A stretch of 64,000 bases of DNA from Prorocentrum cordatum (Eukaryota): NCBI GenBank assembly GCA_963575745.1, contig CAUYUJ010000073.1, positions 1-64,000 of the forward strand, in the 5' to 3' direction. Shown piece by piece: positions 48,839-63,261 of this stretch. Within the stretch, counting starts at the first letter, position 1. Each line of letters begins with the position of its first letter. Below the pieces are notes generated by a model. It was given only the letters and a program-made list of their open reading frames with translations. It did no database searches and was not told the origin of the DNA. Made by a program: the position numbers and the translations under genes.

Positions 48839-50210
48839 TTGGCGTCGCGGCCCTGCGCGCAGCGACAGGGCGGAGAAAGTCGTAGAGCAGCAATCGCGCG
48901 CGCGCGTCTGGGAGCGCCCGAGCTCTCAGAGACCGCTTAGGGTCCCGCAGCGGCAGCCCGCCCTAAGCCATCCGGGCGTGGATGACGGGGGAAGCGGTGG
49001 AAAGACGAGGCTGCGGTGCGGTGGAGGTGCCATAAGCCATCCGGGACTGGATGGCGGGGGCAGCGAGTAAGCAGCGTGGAGCGACAAGGAGGCCACGACC
49101 GACCTGAGCCCCGAAGGGCAGGGGGGTCACGTGCCTGCGGTGCGCGGGTGGCGAGGTCGGCAGGAGCCGGCCAAAGGGCACCAAGAGTGAGGAGCAAGGA
49201 GGCCGCAGGGGCCAGGCAGTGGCGGCGGGGGACGCCGCAAAGGTCGCAGGCAACAGGGCCGCGACAGCCGGCGAGCCAGTCGACGCGCTGTCACCGAGAG
49301 TGCAGGCCAGAGAGGCACGAAGCCGGGCGCCCTCCTGCAGGGATTGGCACAGGACCGAGGACGGCTGGGGTAGCAGCCAGGGGCTGCAGGGCGAGGAGCG
49401 CATGCTTTTTTTTTTTTCTCTCTCTCTCTCTCTCTCTCTCTCACGCACACACACACTTTTGCGTCGGCGGCTGGGCCGAAGGTAACTGCTCTGGCGGAAT
49501 GGCAACAGGGGACACGCTGTGTGCAAATTAAGGCCACAATGCATGGAGGCGGAGCAGGAAGAGGAGGAGGAGGAGGAGGAGCCCCGGCGCGACTGGGGGA
49601 GAGGAAGCCGGTCCACTCAGAGCTGCCGACTGCGGCGGGGGGAACGCCGAGGTGGGAGACCAGCGCCGGCACTGAGCTGCACTGAGCTGCACTGAGCTGG
49701 AGCGGGGGGGAGGCAGCACGGTGCTGCAACTGGTGATGAAGAAATACAGCTTGGTGATGGAGAAATACAGCTTGGCGGACCCCGACCCGGCCCAAGGCGC
49801 GGTCCAAGGATGGGCCGAGCGCCGAGACCAGCGGGCCAACGAGGCGCGTGCAGGGAGAGGCCCAGGCAGGAGAGCGCCGGGGGGGGGGGGGGGGCCCGCG
49901 CGCGGAGCTGCACAGAGCTGGGCTGAGCACGGAGCTGCGTAGCAGAAGCTGAGGGAACGCGTGGCCCAGCTGACTGAGCGGCAAAAGAGAGGCAAGGGGA
50001 GCGCCAGCACGGCCCGGCGAACCGTCAGGTGGGCCCAGAGGGCAGCTGACGCACCGAGACGGGAAGACCTCGGGACATGAGCTGAGCTGAGCAGGGCGAG
50101 AGGGGGCCAAACGGCAACCCCAGAAGCGAGCGCGGCGCTGCGGGCACGAGGAGCAGCGCGGAGCGGCGCAAGTCGCCACGGGGCGGGCCTGGCGGCGAGC
50201 AGCACGAAGC

Positions 50211-51880
<1,670 letters not shown>

Positions 51881-53016
51881 CGCGCTCTCCTGGGGGGCGG
51901 GGGGGGGGCGTGTGCCTTCTCTCTCGCCATTTGCGCCTTGCCGTTTCTTCCCTCGACAAGGATTGGAACCCGCCGGCGCAGGCTCTGAGGGCCGTTGGCT
52001 TGGCCCGCCGCGAGGGTGCCACGGCAACGAATGAGGCGAGGGCTGCCGCGGGCATCCGCACCCAGCGCATCCTCTCTCGCTCCCTCCGACCTCTCCTCTT
52101 CCCCGACGTCCTTGCCCCCGCCCTGCTCCCGAGGCTCCCCAGGTGGGTCCCCCGAGCAGCGCCTGCGCGCATGGCATCCGCCCGGCCCTGTCGGAGCGGT
52201 GCTGGCTCGTGTCCCACGGGCCGCGCAGGGTGTTGCCGCAAAGACCATCCCCAGGTGCGCGGCCCACTGCTTGCAGGCCCCCACGTGGCCACGCTGCCGC
52301 GTTTGTTTGGGTGCCCCCCTCTGCTGCCCTCCTCCGCGCCACAGCCGCGCGCCCCCCACGTCGTGCCCTGGAACGCCGCGAAGCTTCTCGCCGCCGCGGC
52401 CCAAAGGTCTGAATGCCCCGAGCAATGTGACGACCAGGCGCACCACGGCCAAGCGGGTGTCGCGTTTTGGCCCCAATCCCCTCCTGGCGGAACCCCTGTC
52501 GGTGCGCCTGGGATTGGTGCCCGCGCGATAACGCGATCAATCGTATCGTGCTGCTTGTTCACACACACGCACACACGTTGAAGGCCAGCGGGCGCAAGGG
52601 TTCGAAAGCGGTGCAGGGGCCAGTCGGGCTACGGGCGGGACACGCTGGGAAGTGATGGAGGCACAGGCCAGGAAAAGGAAGGGGCGAAGAAGCCAAGGGG
52701 CGGGAGCCGCTCAGGACATGCAGTCCGTCGCGGGTGTCTCTTGGATGCAAGGCGCCACGGAGCAGCTGCGACACAGGCAGCGGTGGCCGGAGCCGAGGAT
52801 CGTGAAGGGGCTTCACACGTACAACCTTCGGAGTGACGTGCACAATCGCGGGCGTGGGGGAATTAGCGGCTGTTCTGCAGACCGTGCCGCCCTGAGGCTT
52901 GCTCGCACCAAGCTCGCCCTGGCCGCGCCCCGAGTCCGCTGCATTCAATTTGGCAAGGCGGCCCCCGCGTAGCTCATGAGTCGGCCCATGGACGGGACCT
53001 CTGAGCCACGAGGCGT

Positions 53017-53430
53017 CCTCCTCCTCCTCCTCCTCCTCCTCCTCCTCCTCCTCCTCCGCCTCCTCCCCCTCCTCCTCCTCCTCCCCCTCCTCCTCCTCCT
53101 CCTCCTCCGCCCCTCCTCCTTCTCCTCATCATCCCTTCTCCCCTCCTCCTCCTCCTTCCCCCCCCTTCCTTCCCTCCCTTCCTCCCTCCCTCCCTCCTCC
53201 CCCCCCCCCTCCTCCTCCCTCTCCTTCTCCTCCTCCTCCTTCTACCTACTCCTCCTCCTCCTATCCTCCTCCTCCTCCCCCTCCTCCCCCCCTCCTCCTC
53301 CTCCTCCCGCCTCCTCTTCTCCTCCTCTCATCCTTCTCCTTACTCCTCCTCCTCCCTCCTCCATTTCCTCCTTCCTCCTCATCCTCCCTCCCCCTCCTCC
53401 TCTCCTCCCTTTTTCATCCTTTTCCTCCTC
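53017..53430. repeat. (CCT)n / polypyrimidine microsatellite
   Basis: Directly visible. Confidence 0.93.
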
Positions 53431-54084
53431 TTTCTCTACAACTCACGTGGGTCTTCAGACGGCCGGTGCGGGCTCCTACTTCCGTCCTCTCGGGGCACCG
53501 TTTACATCACTTGCGAACGAGCGGCTCTCCTCGCGCTGCCCTCTTAGGGTAACGCTTTGCCCCAGACCCCTGACGTCGTAAATTATCCGTTCGATCCCGA
53601 CTGCTTCTGTTAGGGTCTGGCTTGCGGAGGCCACTTTCGAGCCCCCGGACCGTGCACCTTTTCTTCGGCAGCGATGGAGACGGTCTCAGAAACCGTCAAA
53701 CCACGAGCCGGGATGGCAATTCGGCCTTGGGGGAAGGGCGAGGGAGTTCGGGGAACCCTGTCCTGACCCCCCCCCAAAAAAAAAACGGCGCCAGAGGTCT
53801 CGGTCATCGGCGCACACGAAGACAAAGAACCATTCGGAAGCCCGCATGGTCAAGACGCGGGGGTGAGGGCCCCTTCGGGCTCAGCTCACGCAGAACTCGG
53901 GTGCTCGCGTCGCTCCACACGCCTGCAGGGCGGAGCACCTCTCCTCGTGGCCGGGGGCCCCCCCGTGGCCAGCGACGCCCCGGCCGTTCCCCGGGCCAGC
54001 GGCCCCCGTCCTCGGGGCACCACGCTGCGTGCAGCCCCCCTCTGGCCCGAGCGCCGTCCTTCCGCTGCTCCAGACGGACTTTTG

Positions 54085-54241
54085 AGTCGGGCACGCCCCT
54101 CTGCAGGGGGGAGATTCTCCAGGGTAGTCAAGAACAGTTCGGGGACGATGCTGGACCACGTCTGGTCATGCTTGACGCAGTGCTGGACTATTTGTTGCTC
54201 TTCTCGCCCAGAGATCCGCCTGTAGGAGGACGTGCCCGACC
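54085..54241. mobile_element. MITE family B, copy 3 (GC-shifted)
   Basis: TG|AGTCGGGCACGCCCCTCTGCAGG ... CCTGTAGGAGGACGTGCCCGACC|TA. Confidence 0.75.
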
Positions 54242-54608
54242 TAAGGACAGACCCGGCCCGCGCGGCCCCTCCCCGGCCAAGCTCCCGCACGGGCGATGCC
54301 TGCCGGCGCCCCCGCGCATGTCGAGCGCGCTGCGACGCGCGCGCGGCGCCCTTTCGCCGAGGACGACGACGACGACGACAGCGACGGCGTGCCCCTTGGC
54401 TCCCGGAGGCGCGGGCAGTGCCAGGATTCGGCCACGCGCACCAGGGGGTACGAGGAGGGGGGGGGCCTCTTAGAAGCATCCCTGCTTCTTAAGAATGCGC
54501 GGGCCTTATCTATAGATGTAGGGCCGACGACTTCTAAGAAGCAGCCTCCTCCTAAGAAGCCTTCCCCCCTCCCCCTACCCGCTTGTGACCGCCGCCAAAA
54601 AAGATCTG

Positions 54609-54782
54609 GGCCTCCCAGATGGGTCAGAGTAGAGATGGTGTCGGAGGATCGCACCGCATTGCTAATGCAGCGGCGATGCGGCTCGACGCGAAACCCGAGC
54701 TTCTCCACGCCGACGTCGCCGATGCATCGGCGCTACGCGGCGATCCTCTGACGCCATCTGATCTGACCCCCTCTAGGAGGCC
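54609..54782. mobile_element. MITE family A, copy 2
   Basis: GGCCTCCCAGATGGGTCAGA ... TCTGACCCCCTCTAGGAGGCC. The interior shares TTCTCCACGCCGACGTCGCCGATGCATCG with ~3854-3882. Confidence 0.7.
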
Positions 54783-57700
54783 TCTACATAAGGGGGTCCC
54801 CACTGGGGGGGTCCCCAGTACCCCCGGAGCATCGAGACTCCAGGGTAGGAGCTCGAGGAGGCTCTGTGGACGTGTCGGGTCGCTGCGGAGTGCTCTGGAG
54901 TGCTCTGGGGAACCCGCTTCCCGGAGGAAGCCCTGAGATCCGACGTCGCGAAATAATCACATCGCGAAAAAGGAAAAAGAAGAGAAAAAAAAAAGGAGCC
55001 CCAGGCCCCTAGACCCGATCTTTCTGCTGCATGTTTTCGAGCCGGATCCATCCGTGAGGGCCCCCGCGCCCGAAACGCGACGAAGACGGCCACTCCGTGA
55101 AGAAAACTGCATCGGCTGGACCTCCGGGAATAAGGGCGCTTCCTCGAGGAGGTGGCGATTCGCTCGGTGGGGGCCCCCTGCTTGGCATCGCTCGGGAGGC
55201 CCTGCCGCGGCCCCGTGCCGAAGGAGGCGCGCCGACGCCCCGCACCGGCCCCGGTCCCGGGCGCGCCGAAGCTCGCGGGCCCCGCGGAGGAGCCGGAGGG
55301 CCCCGGCCTGCTGAGCCTGGTCTGCGAGGGCGGGCGCGCACGAGGCTCACTGAGATCCTGGGGACCATTTTTTTTTTTTGATTTTTTTTTTTCTTTTTAT
55401 TTTTTTTAACTCCTACTCCTCCTCCTCCTCCTCCTCATCATCCCATTTGTCCTCCGCACTCCTACTCCTCCTTCTCCCTCCTCCTCCTCCTCCTAATCCT
55501 CCTCCTCCTCCTCCTCCTCCTCCTCCTCCTCCTCCTCCTCCTCCTCGGTTTGATTCACAGCGGGCGTTTCTTGGCCCCGTTTCGGACCCCGAGGCCCTCA
55601 CAGATCGATCCGACTCGAAAAATGTCTCCAAGAGATTGGGCCCAGGGCCCCCGTCGTGATATCTCACGCTGCTCCAATGTTGGGAGGCGCTGGGGATCTC
55701 GGGGCGCGGCGGGCTGCCAGGGGGTGACCCTCGGGCCCCGGTGGTGCCCCCCAGCTTCCCGCGCCATCCTGGAGCGTCTTGCAGTCCCCCAGGGGCCCTG
55801 CGAGGACATGCTTGGGCGAGGCCGCGCGGGCCTCCCCGGGGGAGGCTGGGGGCCACCTTGGGCCGAGGCCACCCCTCGGGGAACAAAGCAGCCACATGAA
55901 CACAACAACTCGGAGGTCTGCGCGGACTCCTCAAGTCGGCGCTGGGGCCCCCTGGCGGCGCCAGAGGCGCCGCCCCCACCCCCGCGCGCTCCGCGCGCCA
56001 GGGAGGGGGGGTCCAGCGCGGGTCCGAGAGATCCGCGCGGACCTCCGAGTTGCTCTGTTTATGTCATCGCTTGTCCCCCTACAGTCAATCCGCACAATCA
56101 GCATGGGCAACCTTCTCCCAAGGGTACCCTTGCATCCTTGCCTCCTCGGTCCATCCCTGGCCACTTCCGATGGCCGCGCCCCGCTCGAGAAGCTTCGAGA
56201 TGGCCTTCCAGGGCCCCTGCATCCCTATCGTGCGTCCTGACCTTCTGGCACGGGCCGGCTGTGCATCTAGCAACACCTTCGGGTATAGGCAGGACCCCGG
56301 GTAAGGGGACCCCGTTAGTGGTAGGGCCCTGGGGCCCCCCAATTGGCCAGATTCACTAGACCAGGTTTGCCGTAACTGGTGTTGTTCGGGTGGCGGCAGT
56401 TCCGGTTAGCAGTGGAAACGGGACGGGGGGGCGCCCCCGGCACAGATCACCAAACCAGGTTCCGTGGAAAATGGGACGGGGGGGGGGCGCCCCCGGCACA
56501 GATCCCTACACCAGGCTCCACCAGACCCAGTTTTGCCAACGCCCGACACCCCGCAGGCGGCTCCGCGGAGGTCCCGCAGAGCCCGGGCGGGCAGGCCCCG
56601 GGCCCGGAGGCCACGGGCGGCGGAGCACTCGAAGAGCAGCAGCAGCCGGAGCCCTCGGCGGGCCCGCGCGGAGGCCTCGGCTCGGCCGCGGGGCGCCCCC
56701 TCCCCCGGGGGGGAACGGCGCCGCCGCCCGCGCGCGCCGCGGCCGAGCCGAGGAGTCCGCGCGGTCCTCCCAGAGCTCAGCCTTGCCACGGCGCAGCGAG
56801 GGCGACAAGAGTGAGGAGGAGGAGGAGGAGGAGGAGGCCGACCAGCCCGTGGGGGCGCGGGATGGCCGCGTCAGGATGACCCCATGGCCAAGAGAGAGAG
56901 GGGGGGGGGAGAAAAATGTGGAGGAGGAGGAGGAGGAGGAGGAGGAGGAGGAGGAGGAGGAGAAGGAGGAGGAGGAGAGAGAGAGGGGGGGGGGGGGGGC
57001 GGGGGAAATGTGGAGGATGAGGCGGAGGAGGCCTCGTGGCTCAGGGGTCCCGTCCAGGGGCCAACTCATGAGCTACGCGGGGGCCGCCGTGCCAAATTGA
57101 ATGAAGCGGAGGAGAAGGGGGAGGAGAAGAAGGAGGAGGGGGAGGAGAAGGGGGAGGAAGCAGAAGAAGAAGAGGAAGAAGAAGGCGAAAAAGAAGAAGA
57201 AGGACCAGGGGAGGAGGGAGGAGGAGGAGAAGGAGGAGGAGGAGGAGGAGGAGGAGAAGGGGCAGAGGCCTGACAGAAGGAAGACTGTGCGTGGACTGCC
57301 GCCCGGGCCTCCCCGAGGGCCGGCAGCTCCCCGGCGGAGGGGCCTCGGGGCGGGCGCGCACCCGGCCATCGGGGAACGAAACGTGGCGTAGGCATGAAAC
57401 GTTCGGAGGTCCGCGCTGAGTTGTTGCATCGGAGCGGGAGCCCCTTGGCGGCGCCTCTGGCGCCGCCCCTGGCGCGCGCCGCGCGCCAGGGAGGGGGGCC
57501 CAGCGCCGATCCAAGAAGTCCGCACTGAAAGTTCATGTCTACGCTTTGCTGCAGGCCTCACGGCCAGCGCCGCCGACCCTGAATGCGGGACCTTCCTTGG
57601 GACCGCGGCCACGGCCTTGGCCACGGCTGGGGCTGGGGTCGCGGCTGGGGCCGGGTTAATGTCTATGTTATCTATTATGCCTCCAGGCCCTCCCTTTTTT

Positions 57701-58410
57701 AATCTTTGTTCTTTTTCACCCCTTCTTCCCCTCCTCCTCCCTTCTCCTCCTCCTCCTACCTCTCCGCGCCTCCTCCTCCTCCTCCTCCCCCCTACTCCTC
57801 CTCCTCCTCCTCGTCCTTCTCTCCTCACTTCCTTCCTCCTCCTCCTACCTCCCTCCTCACTCCTCCTGCCTCCCCCCTCTCCTCCTCCTCCTCCTCTCCT
57901 CCTCCTCCTCCTCTTCCACCCCCTCTATGTACAGGAGCCATGGCACGCGTGACACTTGTTTGCTCTTCCTCCAGGCCAGCTCGGCAGGCAGGGTTCCAGC
58001 TCCGCTCCCCACAGGGTCCCCTGTTGGAATTTTTTTTTATTTTGTTTGGATTACTTGGTTTTTGGAATTTTTTTTTTGTTGGGAATTGGTTTGTTTTTGT
58101 TTTTTTGTTCGTGTTTTGCGTGCTTCTTTTGTTGCTTCTGGTTTGGAATTGATTTTTGGTGGTTTTGCTCTGTTTTGGAATGTTTTTCGTGGAATAGTTT
58201 TTGGATTTTTGTTTTTGTTTTTTTTTTGTTGGTGTTTGATGTTTTTATGTGGAAGTCCCGACCTTTTCCCCTGGACCGTTTTTTCATCCTGAGTCATTCT
58301 GTGACGGCCCCGAGGCCCGGCGAGGGCCCCCCGAGGCCGGAATGGGCCCAAAATTCTCCGCCCTGCTTCTTGTTTTACTTTTGGGTCAATGTCCACATTG
58401 ATTCTTTCAC

Positions 58411-58559
58411 CGAGCGCGTTCCACTACTCGCAAAGTGCCTACTCGCAAACGTCCGAATAGAAACACACCTGGCTCGATGCGATGTATCGCAGATCCCTCG
58501 CGGCGGATCCGGGCCATTTGCGAGTATAGCGACTTTTTGCGAGTAGTGGAACGCGCTCG
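58411..58559. mobile_element. MITE with a perfect 24-bp TIR
   Basis: CGAGCGCGTTCCACTACTCGCAAA ... TTTGCGAGTAGTGGAACGCGCTCG, plus an inner TACTCGCAAA/TTTGCGAGTA pair. Confidence 0.85.
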
Positions 58560-60630
58560 CCTATTGCTCTTCCTCCAGGCCAGCTCCGGCGGGCAGGGTC
58601 CAGCTCCGCTCCCCCGGGGCCCGGCCAGACCTGGCAGGCCGCGGGGCGCCCGGCGGCGCGCGCAGGCCCGGCCTCCGCGCCGTGGCGCCCGCGCCGCTGC
58701 CGGCGGGCGGCGGCCCGGCGCCTGCGCCCGGCGACGGCGGGGCCGGTCGAGGACCGCCGCGTGAAGCGGGGACCTCCCAGACCCTCCCAGACACCATCGC
58801 GTCGTCAAGGAATCAGGGTTGGAGGTTTCAGGCCATTTTCGGCCTCGGGGGGCCCTCGCCGGGCCTCGGGGCCGTCCAAAAACGACGCAGGATGAAGGGC
58901 CGGTCCCGGGGAATGGGTCGGGACTTCCATGGACCCCGTCCTGAAAAGATCAGGACGTCGCATGCTTGGGGTGTGAGTCGGGTATTCCCAGACCCTGGGT
59001 ATTCCCAGACCCTGAGATCCTGGCGTCTCAATTTTGCTGAGCCCTGCGTTTTTATTTTTGGGGGGCCCCGGGACCCTCACAGATCGATGCAGCTCGAAAA
59101 ATGGCGCAGAATGATGGGGTCTAGGGCTCTGGTCGTGGTTTTTCACAATGTTGCAATTTTTGTCCGAGACGTCGGATCGCCGTGTGAACCGGTTACTCTC
59201 ACCGAAGAAGAAAAAACGCCATAAAGATTAATTGTTCGCGCCCCGCGCGGATTTCTTGGATCCGCCCCTAGCGCGCTCCGCGCGCCAGGGAGGGGGGCCC
59301 AGCGAAGAACCAAGAGAACCACGCGGAGCGCCAAGAGTTTCTGTTTATGGCGTACCCTCTTCCTCTAGGATCGGGTACTCCCAGACCCTCCTGAGCCATG
59401 ACAGAAAAGAAGTAATAATAATACGAATAGTTATACTCATACTAATAAGAAGAAGAAGAAGACTAATAATAATAGTGATAATACTAGTACGACTAAGAAT
59501 AATAATCCTCATAATAGTTGTTGGGTTCTTATATTATGAAAATGTGTTGAATACTGTATATAGTTATATGTTTTGAATTTTCCTGCTATGTATATATAGA
59601 AAATAACACAAGAAACCGCTGTGCTCGGCCTCCGTAGGCCCTCGCCGCGCCCCACGGCGGCGGGAGGGGTCTCGCTGTGCTCGGCCTCGGGGGGGGCCTC
59701 GCCTGGCCCCAGGCAGGGCCGTCGAGAAAATCGCGCGGAGCGCCAAGAGTTTATGCTTGTGGTGTTTTCTCCTCCTTCTCCTCCTTCTCCTCCTTCTCCT
59801 CCTTCTCCTCCTTCTCCTCCTCCTCCTTCTCCTCCTTCTCCTCCTTCTCCTCCTCCTTCTCCTCTTCCTTCTCCTCCTTCTCCGTCTCCTCTGCGTGTAC
59901 TCTCAGAATCTTCTTCGTGGCGTGTTCTCTTCCTTCTCCTTCTAGACTCGGGTGCTCCCAGACCCACCCTCGAGTCATGACAGCAAAAATCACGACGGGA
60001 GGTTTTTGGCTATGCTCGGCCTCGGGGGGCCCTCGCCGGGCCCCCCAGGGGGCCGTCAAGAGGCGACTCGGGAAGAAAAGCCGGCCAGAGCCGCGAGAAA
60101 TTCGACGAGACCTTTGGGGCCCAGACATGCCGTCGTCTTGCTTTTTTCGATACGGAGCCCCCGGAAGTCCCGACCCCAGACTTGCTCGTGTCGTGAGCAA
60201 ATCAGGACGGGAGGTTTGTCGCAAATTTAGGCCTCGGGGGAGCCTCGCGGGGCCTCGGGACCTTCAAAAGACGAGTCAGGATGGAAGACCGGCCTTGGGA
60301 AAGGGTCCGGACTTCCAGGAACCCCGCATTGAAAAAATCAGGACGTCGCGTGTCTGGGACCTTTTCCCCAGGACCGGCTTCTCATCCTGGGTCGTCTTGT
60401 GACGGTCCCGAGGCCCGGCGAGGGCCCTCGAGGCCGAGATTGGCCAGGAACATCCCGCCCGGAGTTTTGTTTCGACGCGGTCATGTCTGGGCCTGGGCTC
60501 GTAAGACGGGCCCTTCGCCAGAGGGACCGTCGGTGCGGCCCCACAAGGGGGTCTTCCCAGCATTGGCCTCTGCGTGCTGGGATCTGCCCCCGGAAGTCGT
60601 GCACCAGAGGTCACTCTTGCCTAGTTCTCT

Positions 60631-60808
60631 TTCGAGCAGGGGATCGACTACAAAATTGACATACCCCAGAATTCGCTTCCACATCGAACCTACGAACGAA
60701 TACGTGGAATGTTCATAGATCTACGAACTTTCTACACCTTCCCAGTGGATTCGACGAGGAAAACAAATTCTGGGGTAAATGAATTCTGCAGTCGATCCCC
60801 TACTCGAA
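60631..60808. mobile_element. 178-bp imperfect palindrome (foldback/MITE-like)
   Basis: Left arm TTCGAGCAGGGGATCGACTACAAAATTGACATACCCCAGAATT vs right-arm reverse complement TTCGAGTAGGGGATCGACTGCAGAATTCATTTACCCCAGAATT. The symmetry centre is AGATCT at 60717-60722. Confidence 0.85.
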
Positions 60809-61929
60809 GAGTTGCTCTTGCGTGTAGCCGACTGGTCGAGGATCGCCGTGAAGCAAGCGGGTCCTCATCGAGATGGGAACAAAAGCGGCACGGACATAAA
60901 TCCCGTCGTTTGCGAAGTACACGCCCATCTCAGGTATCAGTGACAAGACGACAGAGCTCGCCCCCCTCACCTCCGTATTTCAAGGTTGGCGAGGAAGCCG
61001 TAACCCCCACGCAGAAGCGGGCGTTTGTTTCGCAACACAGTGCACTCCCCTTTGGCGCATTCGTTGGCAAACATTGAGATATGGGGCGGGGCTGTGGCCT
61101 TCGCAAACGACGGCTGTTGAGGGTCCGCGCGGATTCCTTGGATCGGCGCCAGGGTCGGCGACGGAGCCACCGCCGGGGGGGGCGCAGCGCCGATGCCAGA
61201 GATCCGCGCGGACCCCCGAGAGCGTAGGCTCACGCAGACGCTTCGTCCCGCAGAAGAAGGCTCTTCGTGGGCCCTTGGGCTCCGGGCCCCGGGGCCGTCG
61301 AGGGGCGACCCCCGAGGGAGCGCCGGTCTTCGCGGGGAGGGAGGCCCCCCCGGGGTGTCCAGGGCCCGCCCCCAGGCGGTCGGACATCTTGGCTCCGCGC
61401 GTCGCGCCGCCACTTCTGGCCCACCACGCGCCTCGGCGCGGCACGCCGTCCACGTCCCGGGTGCCCGGGCGCCAACGCCCCCGAGCCCTTTCCGATCCCC
61501 CCCGCCACGCGCAGCGGAGCCACGCGTCAGCCAGTTGCCAGGCACAGCGCGTCGCTGGGGCCGCCGCGGCGACGCGCCGCCCAGAGAGTTCGCCACTCTC
61601 GCAGGTTTCGGGTGTTCGGTTGTCTCCCTATCAGGAGGGAAAGAAACACACAGACACAATGAATCTTCGAATCCCCAGAAAATATGGGAAGTGGGAGGGA
61701 AAACAGAAACCCAGAAAATATGGGAAAATGTGGGGAATAGTTTTATTTGTGTGTATTTATGTGTGTGTCTTGGGGCCCCTTCACCCTAGGCCCCGGGATT
61801 CTAAATGAAGACGACTCTAGACGGAAGGGTGGTCCTTTGAGAAGGCCCCCGGGGTCTAGGACCCGCTTCCCTAGAAGGACCCGCCTCACTCATTCCCTTT
61901 GGCTGTCCTGATACGCCCACGCTGAAATT

Positions 61930-62071
61930 CAGCACGTGCCGTGTTCAAAACGTCCGTGTGAACACGCTGCGCGCTGGCTCCACGTGTTGGCCCACGTTTT
62001 CGCGAACGCATCGCGCCGAACGTACGCCTTCAGCCTCCACGTTGAGCTCCATATCAACACGGCACGTGTTG
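61930..62071. mobile_element. MITE-like element with a 16-bp TIR
   Basis: CAGCACGTGCCGTGTT ... AACACGGCACGTGTTG (one mismatch). Confidence 0.65.
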
Positions 62072-62109
62072 CGTGTGGCGCATCGGGGCAGCCAAGCTCA
62101 TGCCAAGAG

Positions 62110-62631
62110 TCGGCGGCGAGCGAGGGGGAGAAGTGAAAAGGAGAAGGCCTTCTCAGAAGCTTCGGAAGTCCCCCGGCCTTCTGAGAAGGTTTGTAGGCCT
62201 TCCCCGATGACCAACAAAAGGTTCTCAGAGGGCGCGAAAGCTTCTGAGAAGTCCCGCCGAGAAGGCCTTCGCCTTGTCGGTTCCCCCCCTCGCTCGCCGC
62301 CGAACGAGGAGCCCTGGCGCAGCCCATGGCCCCGCGCACGCACCACGGAGGGACGGCCCCCCCGGCGGCGCCGGCCCGCGAGCGCCGCGAGGCGGCGGAG
62401 GTCCACCAGCGCAGTGCGATGGAGGCTCGGCAGCGAGCGGAGGGGGGGAAGCGAGAAGGAGAAGGCCTGCTCAGAAGGCGGCCAGACTTCTCACAGGGTC
62501 TCGCGCCTCCTGAAAAAAGCCTTCCGTGTCTTCGGGGACAGCTCAGAGAACTGGTCAGAAGGCCAGGGGGCTTCCGAGCCCTCTGGGAAGGCTCGCTCGT
62601 TCTCATATTTCCCCCCTCGCTCGCCGCCAAG
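62110..62631. mobile_element. Two neighbouring copies of a ~200-bp TIR element (62110-62303 and 62426-62631)
   Basis: TCGGCGGCGAGCGAGGGGG ... CCCCCTCGCTCGCCGCCGA and CTCGGCAGCGAGCGGAGGGG ... CCCCCTCGCTCGCCGCCAAG; shared AGGAGAAGGCCT(T/G)CTCAGAAG interior. Confidence 0.7.
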
Positions 62632-63261
62632 CAAGAGGCGACCTCGTCCCGCGCCCTCCGCATCGTGGCCGTTGCGGGCATGCCGCCGGAGGAGGCGCGC
62701 GAGCGGCAGGGGGACGATGGCGAGGAGGCCAAGGCCGAGGCCGAGGCGCGCAGCAGAAAGAAAGCAGCAGACAGTCAACCCGCACAGGAGGGATGGGCAA
62801 ACTTACCAAGGGTATACCCCCTTGCAGCCTTGCCTCCTCGGCCCATCCTTCCCAGACACGATCGCGTCGCAACAGAATCAGGACGGGAGGTTTTTGGCCA
62901 ATTTCGGCCTCGGGGGGCCCTCGCTGGGCCTCGGGACCGTCAAAGTACGCCGCAGGATGAAAAGTCGGTCCCGGGGAAAGGGTCGGGACTTCCAGGGTTG
63001 AAAAATTCAGGACGTCGCATGTCTGGGAAGGGCACCCTTGCATCCTTGCCTCCTCGGTCCATCCTTGGCCACTTTCGCTGGCCGCGCCCCGCTCGAGAAG
63101 CTTCGACATGGCCTTCCAGGGTCCTTGCATCCTTATCGTGCGTTCTTATGGTACGGGTCGACTGTAAACGTCAACTCTCGGAGCTTGGCGCCGATCTCAG
63201 AAATCTGCGCGGACCTCCGAGAAGTGCTGTTTGTGCCACTTTTTGTTTTTCGACTGGCGAG

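Larger units (their letters stand above)
55560..63145. repeat. Patchwork of a modular GC-rich interspersed repeat family in both orientations
   Basis: GGCCTCGGGGGGCCCTCGC...GGGCCTCGGG...CAGGACGTCGC modules at ~58841, ~60018, ~60230 and ~62906, inverted at ~58260-58340 and ~60350-60440. A ~110-bp near-identical block at ~56125-56235 and ~63031-63143. Confidence 0.75.

Noticed and set aside
53545..53616. Telomeric TTAGGG motifs
   Set aside because: Two isolated hexamers, not an array.
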